Shown here: positions 23,541-35,315 of the stretch, piece by piece | Numbering within the stretch: the first letter of the stretch is position 1 | How the letters are laid out: every line of letters starts with the position of its first letter | DNA from: Octopus bimaculoides | Taxonomy: Eukaryota | NCBI RefSeq assembly: GCF_001194135.2 | Contig: NC_068997.1 | Coordinates: 9,621,580-9,662,659 of the forward strand | Length of the DNA stretch: 41,080 bases | Direction of reading: 5' to 3' | Program-made: the position numbers and the translations under genes | The notes under the pieces: generated by a model | What the model was told of the DNA's origin: nothing | The model's database searches: none | What the model saw: the letters and a program-made list of their open reading frames with translations, nothing else

Positions 23541-23742
23541 GCTAGAAAAAGCAGTCAAACTGCTCTGAAATCACATTTTGAAAAAGAATATATATAAATT
23601 GAGAACACATTGAACAATATAATTCTAGATATACTAAGTCTGGGGAGAAAGAAAAAAAAACCCACAAGAAGGCCACAGCTGGAACGACTTTGATCAAAGG
23701 CCTGCTTGAAGAGAGCTGACCTGGAGCTAATAAACAACAACA
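23541..23742 (+). mobile_element. Family E retroposon 3' part
   Basis: gctagaaaaagcagtcaaac...cacagctggaacgactttgatcaaaggcctgcttga...gctgacctggagctaataaacaacaaca. Confidence 0.7.
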
Positions 23743-24457
23743 TGAAGGCATTAAGTAAATAAGAAGGCGGTGCAGCAATAAAAGACAACAAATAACAACC
23801 AGTCCGTTGGTGATGATGGACTCATTTCTAGAGATTTACGGTCGGTCGCTATTGACGTGACATGAGAGAAACTGCCACACTAAATAAAACAGACTTGATG
23901 TTTCCAACACACAGAAACCTATTTTTTTTCCTTCTTTAATTGAATACAGTTAAATAGGATGGATGACAGTGTCGTATAAATAAGTCTTAGCAGAGACCGT
24001 CTTTGACAGTATGCTCCGTGTGTGTGTGTGTGTGTGTATACACCCTTATGTAGCCCAACGTAAAAAAATATTATGAGATCTAATTTTCGAAATGTTTAAT
24101 AAAAATAGAATCACTAAAGTCACTCAATTGTTTAACATAGAAAAAAGTAGTACACAGGCTATTTATTCTTTCCCTCACATAATATACACACACACCCACA
24201 TATATATATNNNNNNNNNNNNNNNNNNNNNNNNNNNNNNNNNNNNNNNNNNNNNNNNNNNNNNNNNNNNNNNNNNNNNNNNNNNNNNNNNNNNNNNNNNN
24301 NNNNNNNNNNNNNNNNNNNNNNNNNNNNNNNNNNNNNNNNNNNNNNNNNNNNNNNNNNNNNNNNNNCATTCACAGCTGGATCTAACTCAAGTCTTAAATA
24401 AGACAAACAATAATCACGCACGCGCGCGCACCCAGAGCACTGCATATGTGTGCGTGC

Positions 24458-24494
<37 letters not shown>

Positions 24495-25506
24495 TATTAG
24501 AGAAAGAGGCTAGCTCTTTGTAAATTCTGTCTGTTCCATCAGTAAGTATTTAAGTGCGACATTAACTAGAGAAGAGTGATGTGATGCCGCTAAGTAGTAT
24601 CTGATTCAACAACTCCAGCACAGCAGCAGTGGCGGCAGTTAAAAGACAAAATAAGAATAATAGTAAATAAAAAAAAATATTAAAAAAAAAACTACTGAAA
24701 TAATCGTGATGATGGTGATAATATTATTAACACCATAATGAAATGTCCGACATGTTGGGATTGCTAACAAGTGGACAGCCGAAATAGCGCAATTAATTAA
24801 CTTGAAGCTAAAATACTACATACAGCAAACGAGAAAGACATTGTTTAATTAATGGAAAATGATAAAGTAATAATTCTGTAAAATTGTCAGTGCGCTCAGT
24901 TCTGCTGATAGAAAGATAGATATTACAAAAATTATTACTAAATCACTTAACAGTAGATAAACAATATGTAATAATTTGTGCTTCGTTTTTATTTTAGCTT
25001 ATAGAAAAAGACAGTGAAATTAATTTATAGAAAGTGTTTTGATTATTATAGACGAAGAAGCAAAAGAAAAATGACCAAAAGAAGAGTAATCAAAATATTG
25101 ATATCTGACAGAAGCTAAAAAGCAATATGTGTGTATGTGTGTGTGGATGGATGGATGTGTGTGGCAAGGAAAAAAGGAACGGAGCAAAGATGTGAATAAA
25201 TGGCTATTCCTTCTCCGCCCCCAAGCCAATTCCTCCTCCACCATCATCACCAATTAACCTTCGTCTACATAATAAACGTCGATAAGGATAAGGGAATTCG
25301 CTTCAACTTTCCCACAACAGATAAACGACCACAGAACACATCCACACACATGTGTGTGCATATATGTATATATATATATATATATAATGTATGTATAACA
25401 CAGCTAAATTGAGGTTACGGGCGCACACACTCATCTGCTCCAACTTTCATGGATATAAACAGAGGCATGTATACAGATACCTAACATAGACTAAGATAGG
25501 CAGTAT

Positions 25507-25510
<4 letters not shown>

Positions 25511-25555
<45 letters not shown>
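25511..25555. repeat. Pure (TA)n microsatellite
   Basis: Directly visible. Confidence 0.95.
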
Positions 25556-25558
<3 letters not shown>

Positions 25559-28500
25559 TGCTTTAGTTGTTATGGATGTATGTATATATACACTTATAGA
25601 CACAACCATGAGACAGTAAGATGGAGAATTTTTTTTATAAAAATGAGATATAGAACAGTTGAGGTTAGAGAGACTGGTGTATGAAAGCTTTTATAAACAA
25701 ACATCAATAAATATATGTGAATGTGTGTGTGTCAATCTTTATAGCGCGTGGAATTTATTGAGTAGTAAATGGATTAAATATTTGCATAGAGAAGACGTAT
25801 GTGTGTGTGTGTGTAATATTTTGCATTCGTATATGCAAAGACAGTTGGAGAGTTAGTTAGAGAGCTTATAAAGTAGTATTAGATTCGAATAGAGTTTGTA
25901 GACGAAATTAATCGTCAAGTAAATGTGTTCTCCTTCTACAATGGACGGTGGTCGTGTCCCAGCAGCTGTAATGACGAGAAAGCACCGAGGAAGGAAATAA
26001 CACCAGTTGCTATATATATATTCGGAGCTGGGGAGGTCACAAGTTAGCAGAATATATTTGCAATAACCTTAATTTATTTTGGAAGAGTTAATAAATGCTC
26101 GTCAGCGGAGGATTTAGACATGGTGAAGCCTAAGTTACAATAAAACCCGAAGGCCTCTACCCCCATTGTAAAAAAAAATATTACATCAGAACATCTCATG
26201 AAATTTGCTTAATATATATGTCCTTTAATTATTTTGAGACCCCTAAGTTGTAACTTGTTTAGCTTATGCTTAAATCCAGCTCTGATCCTTATACATATTT
26301 ATGTATCGTGTGTTCGGGNNNNNNNNNNNNNNNNNNNNNNNNNNNNNNNNNNNNNNNNNNNNNNNNNNNNNNNNNNNNNNNNNNNNNNNNNNNNNNNNNN
26401 NNNNNNNNNNNNNNNNNNNNNNNNNNNNNNNNNNNNNNNNNNNNNNNNNNNNNNNNNNNNNNNNNNNNNNNNNNNNNNNNNNNNNNNNNNNNNNNNNNNN
26501 NNNNNNNNNNNNNNNNNNNNNNNNNNNNNNNNNNNNNNNNNNNNNNNNNNNNNNNNNNNNNNNNNNNNNNNNNNNNNNNNNNNNNNNNNNNNNNNNNNNN
26601 NNNNNNNNNNNNNNNNNNNNNNNNNNNNNNNNNNNNNNNNNNNNNNNNNNNNNNNNNNNNNNNNNNNNNNNNNNNNNNNNNNNNNNNNNNNNNNNNNNNN
26701 NNNNNNNNNNNNNNNNNNNNNNNNNNNNNNNNNNNNNNNNNNNNNNNNNNNNNNNNNNNNNNNNNNNNNNNNNNNNNNNNNNNNNNNNNNNNNNNNNNNN
26801 NNNNNNNNNNNNNNNNNNNNNNNNNNNNNNNNNNNNNNNNNNNNNNNNNNNNNNNNNNNNNNNNNNNNNNNNNNNNNNNNNNNNNNNNNNNNNNNNNNNN
26901 NNNNNNNNNNNNNNNNNNNNNNNNNNNNNNNNNNNNNTATATATAATATATATATACACACACACACACAACAGATAAAGTCGGTACGAAACCCTTTACC
27001 CCCGTTTTAGAAATATCCAGTACAAGAATGTGTGTTGTGCGTGTGTGCAGGTGCGCGTGTATATATACATATTGGCGTTTGTAATTGATGTAATGTTTAC
27101 CTCCAAATCAAGCATCCTTTAAAAAACACTGTCGGGTAGAGAAGCTATATCCACTTGAGAAACGAGTATCTTAATCACCTCATAACATAGACAGATAGAG
27201 ACAGCATAACAACTTCCAAATGTCATATCTATCTATCTACATATCACTGACTGTCTGGTAGATAAAAGTCGGTAAACAGACAAATACGAATCGAATGCAG
27301 GTTAGAAATAATATATATAAATATATATATATATATATATGAATGTCTATATGTATATTTTTTAAACATCAAACAAGTGAAGAGAAGTATTTAAAGGGTG
27401 GTAAGAAAAGTGAACGGTTAATGAGACAAGAATTTTTTTTTTAAATCAGAGAACACCAGATCCGGATTGTATAAATGTGCGAGCAAAAAAGTAAAGCATA
27501 GGAGGCTTAAAATTGCATCTTACGCGTGTCGTCTTCTAACAAGCTCCCATTACACAACATACACACATTCCTGTGTCAGGTCCAGGTACGGCCGATGAGC
27601 CATCCACAACACTGCTGCAACTGACACCAGTGACTACCTTAGAATTTGTATACAAACACACACACACACACATACTTGTACAAGTACGTACATGATGTAC
27701 GTGTTAATTGAGAAAGACGTAGCAACATACATACATCTATTCTCCCTCATGTATGTATGTATGTATGTATATACATATATAATGAAGATGCACACACACA
27801 CACACACACTCACTCATATGATAAAGGAAAGAGAAGAAAAAGCTACACGCACCATTCTAATTTATATTTTTATTAGCATGCCTGCATCCTTAGAAAATCA
27901 GAGTGTATATATGTATACATCTATAAATAAAGGGACCCGTAAATATATCTAGAGTTAAGTGTTTATCAGTAAGTCCAATAGGTCATATACGGTGGATGGA
28001 GGAAAGATTCCCTTTGCTGCAATAACAATACATATTATGGTACATGTTTATATATATATATTACATGTGTATGTGTATATTGTTACATATAGTGATATGC
28101 ACACACATAAAAGAAAAATAATAATAAAAGAGACACAAAGATAGGAATATAAATTTAAAATATATACATACGCTTTTAGACACGCGCGCGCTTTTTTTTT
28201 TTTTTTTCAGTTTAATCTAACGAGCAAAAAAAAAATCACTAGAGTGAAAGCTGCGTGTAAAATAATTAAGATCCGATAACGATCCTGTGTTGTTATGTAA
28301 AGTGAAAATATGTAAATAATATCAACACTAAATACTCCACTGTCTCCTCTCTCTCTCTCAATCAATTACTCTTTCTTCCTTTCTCTCTCTCTCTCTCTCT
28401 TTTTCTTTTACTAACTTAAGCTTGGTAAATTGTTGATGTTATAGTTCTTGGCCGTTGATTACTGATTGAACATACCAGTTTAATGTTGTTGATGAAGAAT

Positions 28501-28724
28501 TGCACTTGTCTGAGAGAAATACTACACACGTAATCTGTATATGCATCAGCTGTCAAGACTATAATTACAATTATATCAGGCAGGAATAACTAATCTTTTA
28601 AAATCTGTAGACTAGGCTGCGTGGCCAGTTCTGAAGAAAAACGGCTGTTTTTCCATATTTAAAAAAAAATCTTTTTACTGTTCTTTTGAAATTTCTTTTA
28701 ATATTCTGGCCACAATATACATAC

Positions 28725-28759
<35 letters not shown>

Positions 28760-29087
28760 AGCCGATGGTTGTATTTATATCTGATGTTAATTGGAAAAAC
28801 AACTCGTGAGAATGTTGTATGTAGTAAACTAGTTAATAGAGTTGTTACTTGTTACGTGGCTGGGAAACATAACAGCAATAATAATAATAATAGTAATAAT
28901 AGTAGTAGGCAAGCAAATCACAACCATGAGCGGGACACATGCTCTGATCACCAAGTTTGTCAACATTATCAATAATCAGCGAAGGTCCCAAATTAGCCAA
29001 ACCCAATATACTAAGTACATTATTGATGTGTATGTGTGTATATTGATAGACAGACGTTTAAGGAATACGATACGCCTTCTGCAGTAC

Positions 29088-29121
<34 letters not shown>

Positions 29122-29916
29122 CTGATTTCGAGATGACAAGCTTATTAAAATATTTCACTGGTTTCTTCTGCACGTCACTATATATANNNNNNNNNNNNNN
29201 NNNNNNNNNNNNNNNNNNNNNNNNNNNNNNNNNNNNNNNNNNNNNNNNNNNNNNNNNNNNNNNNNNNNNNNNNNNNNNNNNNNNNNNNNNNNNNNNNNNN
29301 NNNNNNNNNNNNNNNNNNNNNNNNNNNNNTATATATATATATATATGCTTCTATGTATGTGTATGAAAGGTTACTTGGAGTAAGTGAAAAGATAATACAA
29401 TCGAAAATAAGTGAATATCGATTTAAAAGCTGCAGAGTAATTCGACCAAAAACAAGAAACAAATCGAAAATTGGTCAATAAATAGACTAGAAAGAATATT
29501 TTCAGCCTTTTTCGGTAGCTTCTAATTTTTCAGTGAAATTATAGTAGATATATATTATTGATGGCGCAATCAGATTACGCGGGCGCGCGCACATGCACAC
29601 ATGCGTGTATATGTCTATATACATGTGTTTGCGTGTGTATCCATAGATATATATATATACGTGTAGTGTAATTCGTTATTAATGTGTTAGCATCATATTA
29701 TTAGGTCAATAGCGTGCGAGGCGAGAATGGCTGTTTAACTAAGTTTCAAATGCGAGAGGAGAGTGTAAAAAAAAAAAAAAAAAAGGATGGAATTGGGAAT
29801 CTTTTTTCTTTTTATATCTCAGATTTATGGGGGTACAGTTACGATTATTATTCGGTTTCTTTCATCTCATTCTCTATTCGTTCGCAGACACACACATCGT
29901 CGGCACACGCACTCAC

Positions 29917-30130
29917 CTGGCCAAATAACAGTGGTGTTGCGCTCGCCTCTCTTACTGTTGCTACTACCACCACTACCAGCAGCGACGATTATAAGACCAT
30001 CAACTGTTTCTTCGTCGGTTTTTCCTGCTACTCCACCAGCTTTAGTTAATGTTGATGTTATTGCTAATGATGATGATAGTGTTGATAATATTGTTGCTAC
30101 TGTTGTTGTTGTTGCTGCCGTTAGCTCCAT
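29917..30130 (-). CDS. Candidate first coding exon of an unidentified minus-strand gene (71 codons + 1 nt, Thr/Ser/Gly-rich)
   Basis: ATG in a good Kozak context (AgcATGG) at 30130, open frame MELTAATTTT...KRGERNTTVIWP, and consensus donor CAG|GTGAGT at 29917|29916, in a CpG-rich region. No homology recognised, and low complexity weakens the ORF evidence. Confidence 0.5.
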
Positions 30131-30623
30131 GCTCCTACCTCCACGTTACGGCTCGCATTTGGGCGTCATACGGCAGAGTTACGAAAACACATACTTACTC
30201 GCTCACTCATCCTCTCTTTCACATACACACACACGCACACATACATAGATGCTTTCACTCACTCACACACACATACATTCACATACATACATACACACAG
30301 ATTCTCTCTGGCACATACGTACATACGTAGATGCACGCACATAGATACATATTTATACACCGACGATTCCCTCTCTCACACAGTTACATAGAAGAAGCAC
30401 GTACGCACAGACTCCGACCCTCAATCGCATACATACATGCACTCGCACATACACTCAACCACACTCACGGCCGCTGTCCGCTTTACTCTCGCGTGTCTGT
30501 CAACCATACAAGAAGGAGCGTGCTGAATATTTTTGCGATTATTTCATCAGGTTGCTGTAATCGTTTAAAAAAAAGCTATCTGCATGCTGTGGCCATTTTT
30601 CATTTTTTTTTTTTTTCTTTATT
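30131..30623. promoter_or_regulatory. Candidate bidirectional promoter / 5' UTR region
   Basis: CpG-rich, (CA)-rich interval between two divergent ATG-plus-donor configurations. No core promoter element could be identified securely. Confidence 0.35.
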
Positions 30624-30636
30624 ATGCTGGAAGATG
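30624..30636 (+). CDS. Candidate end of a plus-strand first exon (ATG CTG GAA GAT G|)
   Basis: attATG at 30624 and donor GATG|GTGAGT at 30636|30637. The transcript could equally be non-coding. Confidence 0.3.
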
Positions 30637-32046
30637 GTGAGTGAGTGTAACTAATTCATATGAAGCCAGTTTGTTATTTTGGATATCACATCACATTACA
30701 GATGGAGAGCATTTTTTTTTTTAAAGAAGAATATGTATATAGACTTTCCGCACACACATACCATAACATGAATTATAATGAACGAACGCGGGAAACTCCG
30801 ATGCTTTTCAATTTACTCGAAATTGTTGCCAAATCTCCCTCATATCACACACCACAGCTTCAAAAAGTTGGAAAGAAAACATCAGATAATGTGGTCCTAG
30901 ATATTAAAAAAGAGAAAATGGTTGTAGATAAAACGTTTGTTATCATAAGCACTCTTAAAGAGTTAACCCGAGCCCAAACGAACAATTAAACGAAATTAGA
31001 GAAAACTCACGCTTTCAAATATATATACGCCCACTTATGTCAGAAAAATACTCATTGACACATATATACACCTAACATTACTAAAATATAGAAACATACA
31101 CATCCGTTAACATCTACGCACACTTTTTACACATAAATACACAGAAAAATTGCAGACAGCAGTCACAGAAGAGACATTCACTTACATAGACACACACTCA
31201 AAATCGCACATAGTCACAGAAGAAAAGTATTCACTGACATACATAACTGCTTAAGCCTTCAGTTAGAGTCTACTACACTCCTGAAGCTATTTTTTCAAAA
31301 CTTTTCCTATATCTAACAACACTATCCGCGACAAAACACCATAGCTGAATGTTTTTTCTATTTAGTGAAGTAAAAATAAAACTTTTCTACCCCCACTGAA
31401 TCAAATTTATGAAAATATTTTTCAACGGAATTCACGCACTTGCTCGTCAAAAAATGGCTATGTCTACAGTACGCATGCGTGTAGCACATGCTTATCCCAT
31501 AATGTAGAATCTTATTTCGTTACGTGGGCGTGGATGTGGCTTGTTAGGGAAAGGCTTTTGGGTGCTTGACTTTTGAATATAGTTTCACCCTTGTTATAGA
31601 ACAGTACAATCATAGACAAACAACATCGTGCGTGTGTGTATATATATATATATATATACGTACAAGTATGAATATAATCCGTTGCATCGTCAGCATGATT
31701 GCAGCTGCCTCTTGTTTGATGTGGTAGCTGCGTATATGAAACGGAGGAAAACAAAAGGGTTAGATGTGGGCCAAAAAAGAACCCGGACGTTACTAAGTTT
31801 GTATCGGTGCTATTTCGGCACCGCTGGAGAAGGTGATACCGTTGGAAGGCGACGGAATCGGTTGTGATCTCCAGGAGACAGCTGTAGAAAGAGAATGTCC
31901 CAGTAATACAAGCTGTGTGCAGAATATGGTAGTGACAATATACGATTTGTGACAATATACAATTAAAACGCAATTTATATATTGTCATTACTGAAGTTGC
32001 GTGGCTATATTTCCTTCGCTTTATATATACATACATACACACACAC

Positions 32047-32085
<39 letters not shown>

Positions 32086-32751
32086 TTTCGTGTTCGTGAA
32101 GTGAATGTTTTAAATAAATTTAGACACGTAAGACTAAATGCATGTTTAGTGAATATACAGAAATAAATTTATTAAATTATCCATATGTCATGTATGAATG
32201 GGTGTATGGTTAAGTCGATTGCTAATGCATCCGTGTGATTTTGGGTTCGATTCTTCTGTGTGACATCTTGACCAGTTGTCTTCTACCTCTTCTCTCTCTC
32301 TCCCCTTTATCTCCCCCCTCTCTCCCAGTAGTTAAGTGTTACTCGTCATATGATGGGTACTTATTCCATCCTGGGTACTACCAGGAAATATGGCGTACAT
32401 ACGATAACTACCCAGTTTTCTTAATGCTGACACGAAAGAATGAAATCAATAATAATTTTCCAGAAGAAAAATATATTTATTACTCTAAAATAAAATGAAA
32501 TAAAATATTCAAAATAGTACAGAAAAATTGAAAACATTCACCGTGTTGATTCTTATATCATGGAAGTTCACACAGGCACACACCTATCTCTTTCTATCTA
32601 CATGTGTTTATGTGCGAGTGTACTCCTCCTCTTCCATCGTCTGATTCTCAATGTGTGTAGAGCGTCCATTTATTCATTGCCTACCACCAAGCCTAAAATG
32701 TGCCCTTATCTTGCACCACTGACATTAATTCTCTTGGAATTATTTTCACAG

Positions 32752-32800
32752 CTAGAGAAAGCACCTTGCAGCAATTGCAACCGATTTGGAATGAAAAGAA
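32752..32800 (+). other. Candidate 49-nt internal exon
   Basis: Branch-like CTGAC at about 32719-32723, ttattttcacAG| at 32750-32751 and GAA|GTAAGT at 32800|32801. Two frames are open (ARESTLQQLQPIWNEK; LEKAPCSNCNRFGMKR). Confidence 0.4.
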
Positions 32801-32874
32801 GTAAGTTCAGATGATTGTTAATTCTCTGGAATGAAAAGAAGTAAGTTCAGATGATTGTTAATTCTCTGGAATGA
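32787..32874. repeat. Perfect 40-bp tandem duplication (2.2 copies)
   Basis: TGGAATGAAAAGAAGTAAGTTCAGATGATTGTTAATTCTC at 32787 and 32827, plus a partial copy at 32867. Confidence 0.95.
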
Positions 32875-33514
32875 TTATGCCGTTAAGAAAAGAATACTTT
32901 ATTTCTGGAGACAAAGGAACTGCTGCAAAGACATGTTTCTGCTTCAATGGACGTCATCAGCAAAGCATTGCTCTGCATTGACACCAACCAAACAAAAGAC
33001 TTAAGTATATACAAAAAAGAGTAAAGAACATTTATGACTTAAAGTGATTTACATAACTAAAAGAAAAAAAAATAATATGCAAAGGAAAATAACTCAGAAT
33101 GACCGGTAGCATAAATTTGGATAAACAAGGACAAATGAAGCTAATTTAAATACAATACACGATAAACAGAAGTAGAGCAACACTGTGTGCGTATAAGTTT
33201 GTGTCATTATATATATTAAATTATGTAGTCTCAGAGGAATTTATTTATTTGCATGACGTGTCCAAACAATAAAGCTACTGACTTTCAAAATGTCTTTTCT
33301 ATTCCCTTGAAACAATTTGCTCTGCAGCTTGCTTCTATTCCCACCAAACTCTTCCTCTCTTCAAAAACATGTCCCAGTCTTTAGAGACACGCCACAATGT
33401 GTCCCATTTTAAAGAAATGCAACCTCTGTTGGCTTGCCAAAAGTTGTTTAATAGCTCTCACAAACAATATATAAAAGGTGATGAAAACAGCCATTAACAC
33501 AAGCTTTCACCAAA

Positions 33515-33548
<34 letters not shown>

Positions 33549-34051
33549 NNNNNNNNNNNNNNNNNNNNNNNNNNNNNNNNNNNNNNNNNNNNNNNNNNNN
33601 NNNNNNNNNNNNNNNNNNNNNNNNNNNNNNNNNNNNNNNNNNNNNNNNNNNNNNNNNNNNNNNNNNNNNNNNNNNNNNNNNNNNNNNNNNNNNNNNNNNN
33701 NNNNNNNNNNNNNNNNNNNNNNNNNNNNNNNNNNNNNNNNNNNNNNNNNNNNNNNNNNNNNNNNNNNNNNNNNNNNNNNNNNNNNNNNNNNNNNNNNNNN
33801 NNNNNNNNNNNNNNNNNNNNNNNNNNNNNNNNNNNNNNNNNNNNNNNNNNNNNNNNNNNNNNNNNNNNAATAATCGACTCAAGCAAACTGAGTCCTCAAC
33901 TTGTTCCATTTGCCAAAAGGTTTGCAAGGCACTGGCAGGCCTCAAGAGACACATCCGTGTCCATTGATCAATGCTTTATTTTACTGAAATCTCATTTGTC
34001 GTTCACGACAAGAGAATCCATCATATATATATATATATATATATATAGGGT

Positions 34052-34380
34052 GACCCCCTTCGGTCATGAATGACCATGGGATTGCAGCCTAGAAAGTTAC
34101 CCTCTGAGACACAAATCCGAGCAAAGTTGTTTATGGAAGACCAGCAATCGTCCATGCATACCAGCCTCCCCTTTCCGTGCCACTGATGTTATCCAAGGGA
34201 AAGGCAAAGGCTGATACAGCTTGGCACCAGTGACGTCGCAACTCATTTCTACAGCTGAGTGAACTGGAGCAACGTGAAATAAAGTGTTTTGTTCAAGAAC
34301 ACAAGACGCAGCCCAGTCTGAGAATCAAACTCACAATCTTATGATCGTGAGCTCAATGCTCTGACCAATGAGCCATACAT
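34052..34380 (-). mobile_element. Full-length tRNA-derived SINE, family D
   Basis: Minus strand reads tggctcattggtcagagc...gagtttgattc...ttgaacaaaacactttatttcacgttgctccagttcactcagctgtag...catgaccgaagggggtc, ending in (TA)n. Confidence 0.8.
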
Positions 34381-35020
34381 TTAATATGAGGAGTTCCTAT
34401 GAGCACTATCATTTGAATTTCTGCCATTATGGGGTTTCCTGGTATCCGAGCTAGATAAGAATCAACCCCTTTTGCTATCATTCCCAGAGCACCTCTGACA
34501 ACAGGTGTTGTTTTAGTCTTGGGGTTCCACATTTTGACAATTTCTATTTCAAGATCTTTATACTTGCTCAGCTTTTGGTAGGTCTTGGCAGATACATTTA
34601 TGTCGATTGGGACAGTCATATCAATGAGGAGGCATGATTTTGTCTGAAGTCTTTCAGTATGATGTCTGGCCTATTTGAATCTATCTTTCTGTTAGTTTCA
34701 GAGGAGTGAGATGTGATCATTTTCAAGTACTGGGGGTGGTTTATGTTCCCACCAGTTTTTATCATGGGGTAGGACCAGGTTTTTGCAAATTATCGAATAT
34801 ATTGTGCAGCTCTATCATGCCTGTTGAGATACTCTGTAGGCACAAGAAAACTGCATATGGAGACAACATGATCAATGGTTTCATTTTGTCATTTACATAC
34901 ATGATATATTGGGCTAGTGCCGTTCTGTTATATGTTGGCCTGGTAGTTCCTTGTAGATAAGCATTGATCTTGGGCTGCTATGATAAACCCTTCTGCTTCT
35001 GATCATTAGTCAGAAGACAC
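34381..35020 (-). pseudogene. Decayed CCHC zinc knuckle + restriction-like endonuclease of an R4/Dong-type non-LTR retrotransposon
   Basis: Manual translation gives SEAEGFIIAAQDQCLSTRNYQANI...VCK*QNETIDHVVSIC...EYLNRHD...WWEHKP...NRPDIILKD...IDMTVP...KLSKYKDLEIEI..MW..KT..VV.GALG...GTPHI, the R4-clade C-terminal signature with stops and frameshifts. Confidence 0.9.
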
Positions 35021-35067
35021 TAATCATTGATGGGTAATGGCTTTGTCAACAACGGCATTATTAGCTC

Positions 35068-35315
35068 TCTTGTGCATGGATTTGGTAGACGGAAACTGAG
35101 AGAAGCCCGTCGTATATATGTATATGTATGAGTGTGTGTGTATCTGTGTTTTTCCCCCACCATCACTTCACAACCGATGTTGGTGTGTTTATATACCCGC
35201 AACTTAGCGGTTCGGCAAAAGAAACCGGCAGTATAAGTATTAGGCTTACAAAGAATAAGTCCTGGGTGTCGATTTGCATGGCTGCAGTCAAATGACTGAA
35301 ACAAACAAATAAAAT
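35068..35315 (+). mobile_element. 5'-truncated family B SINE
   Basis: gatttggtagacggaaactgagagaagcccgtcg...aacttagcggttcggcaaaa...gcagtcaaatgactgaaac. Confidence 0.8.

Noticed and set aside
23542-23791. Two overlapping hydrophobic 78-aa ORFs
   Set aside because: They lie antisense within a family E repeat.
25860-25990. Strong minus-strand acceptor near 25946 with an open phase-1 frame (AGTRPPSIVEGEHIY...)
   Set aside because: No donor before the stop and no homology; insufficient support.
27560-27640. GC-rich unique segment with possible splice sites on both strands
   Set aside because: No consistent acceptor-frame-donor combination.
31451-31480. YY1-like AAAATGGC and NRF1-like ACGCATGCGT motifs
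   Set aside because: Short, imperfect matches in a segment that may itself be a transposon fragment.
31512-32048. 178-aa minus-strand ORF, the longest without Ns
   Set aside because: It starts in and crosses microsatellites, has no recognisable domain and lacks a convincing donor. An internal acceptor near 31881 was noted but cannot be supported.
32787-32874. Direct repeats as a possible CRISPR array
   Set aside because: The units abut with no spacers, there are no cas genes, and the context is eukaryotic.
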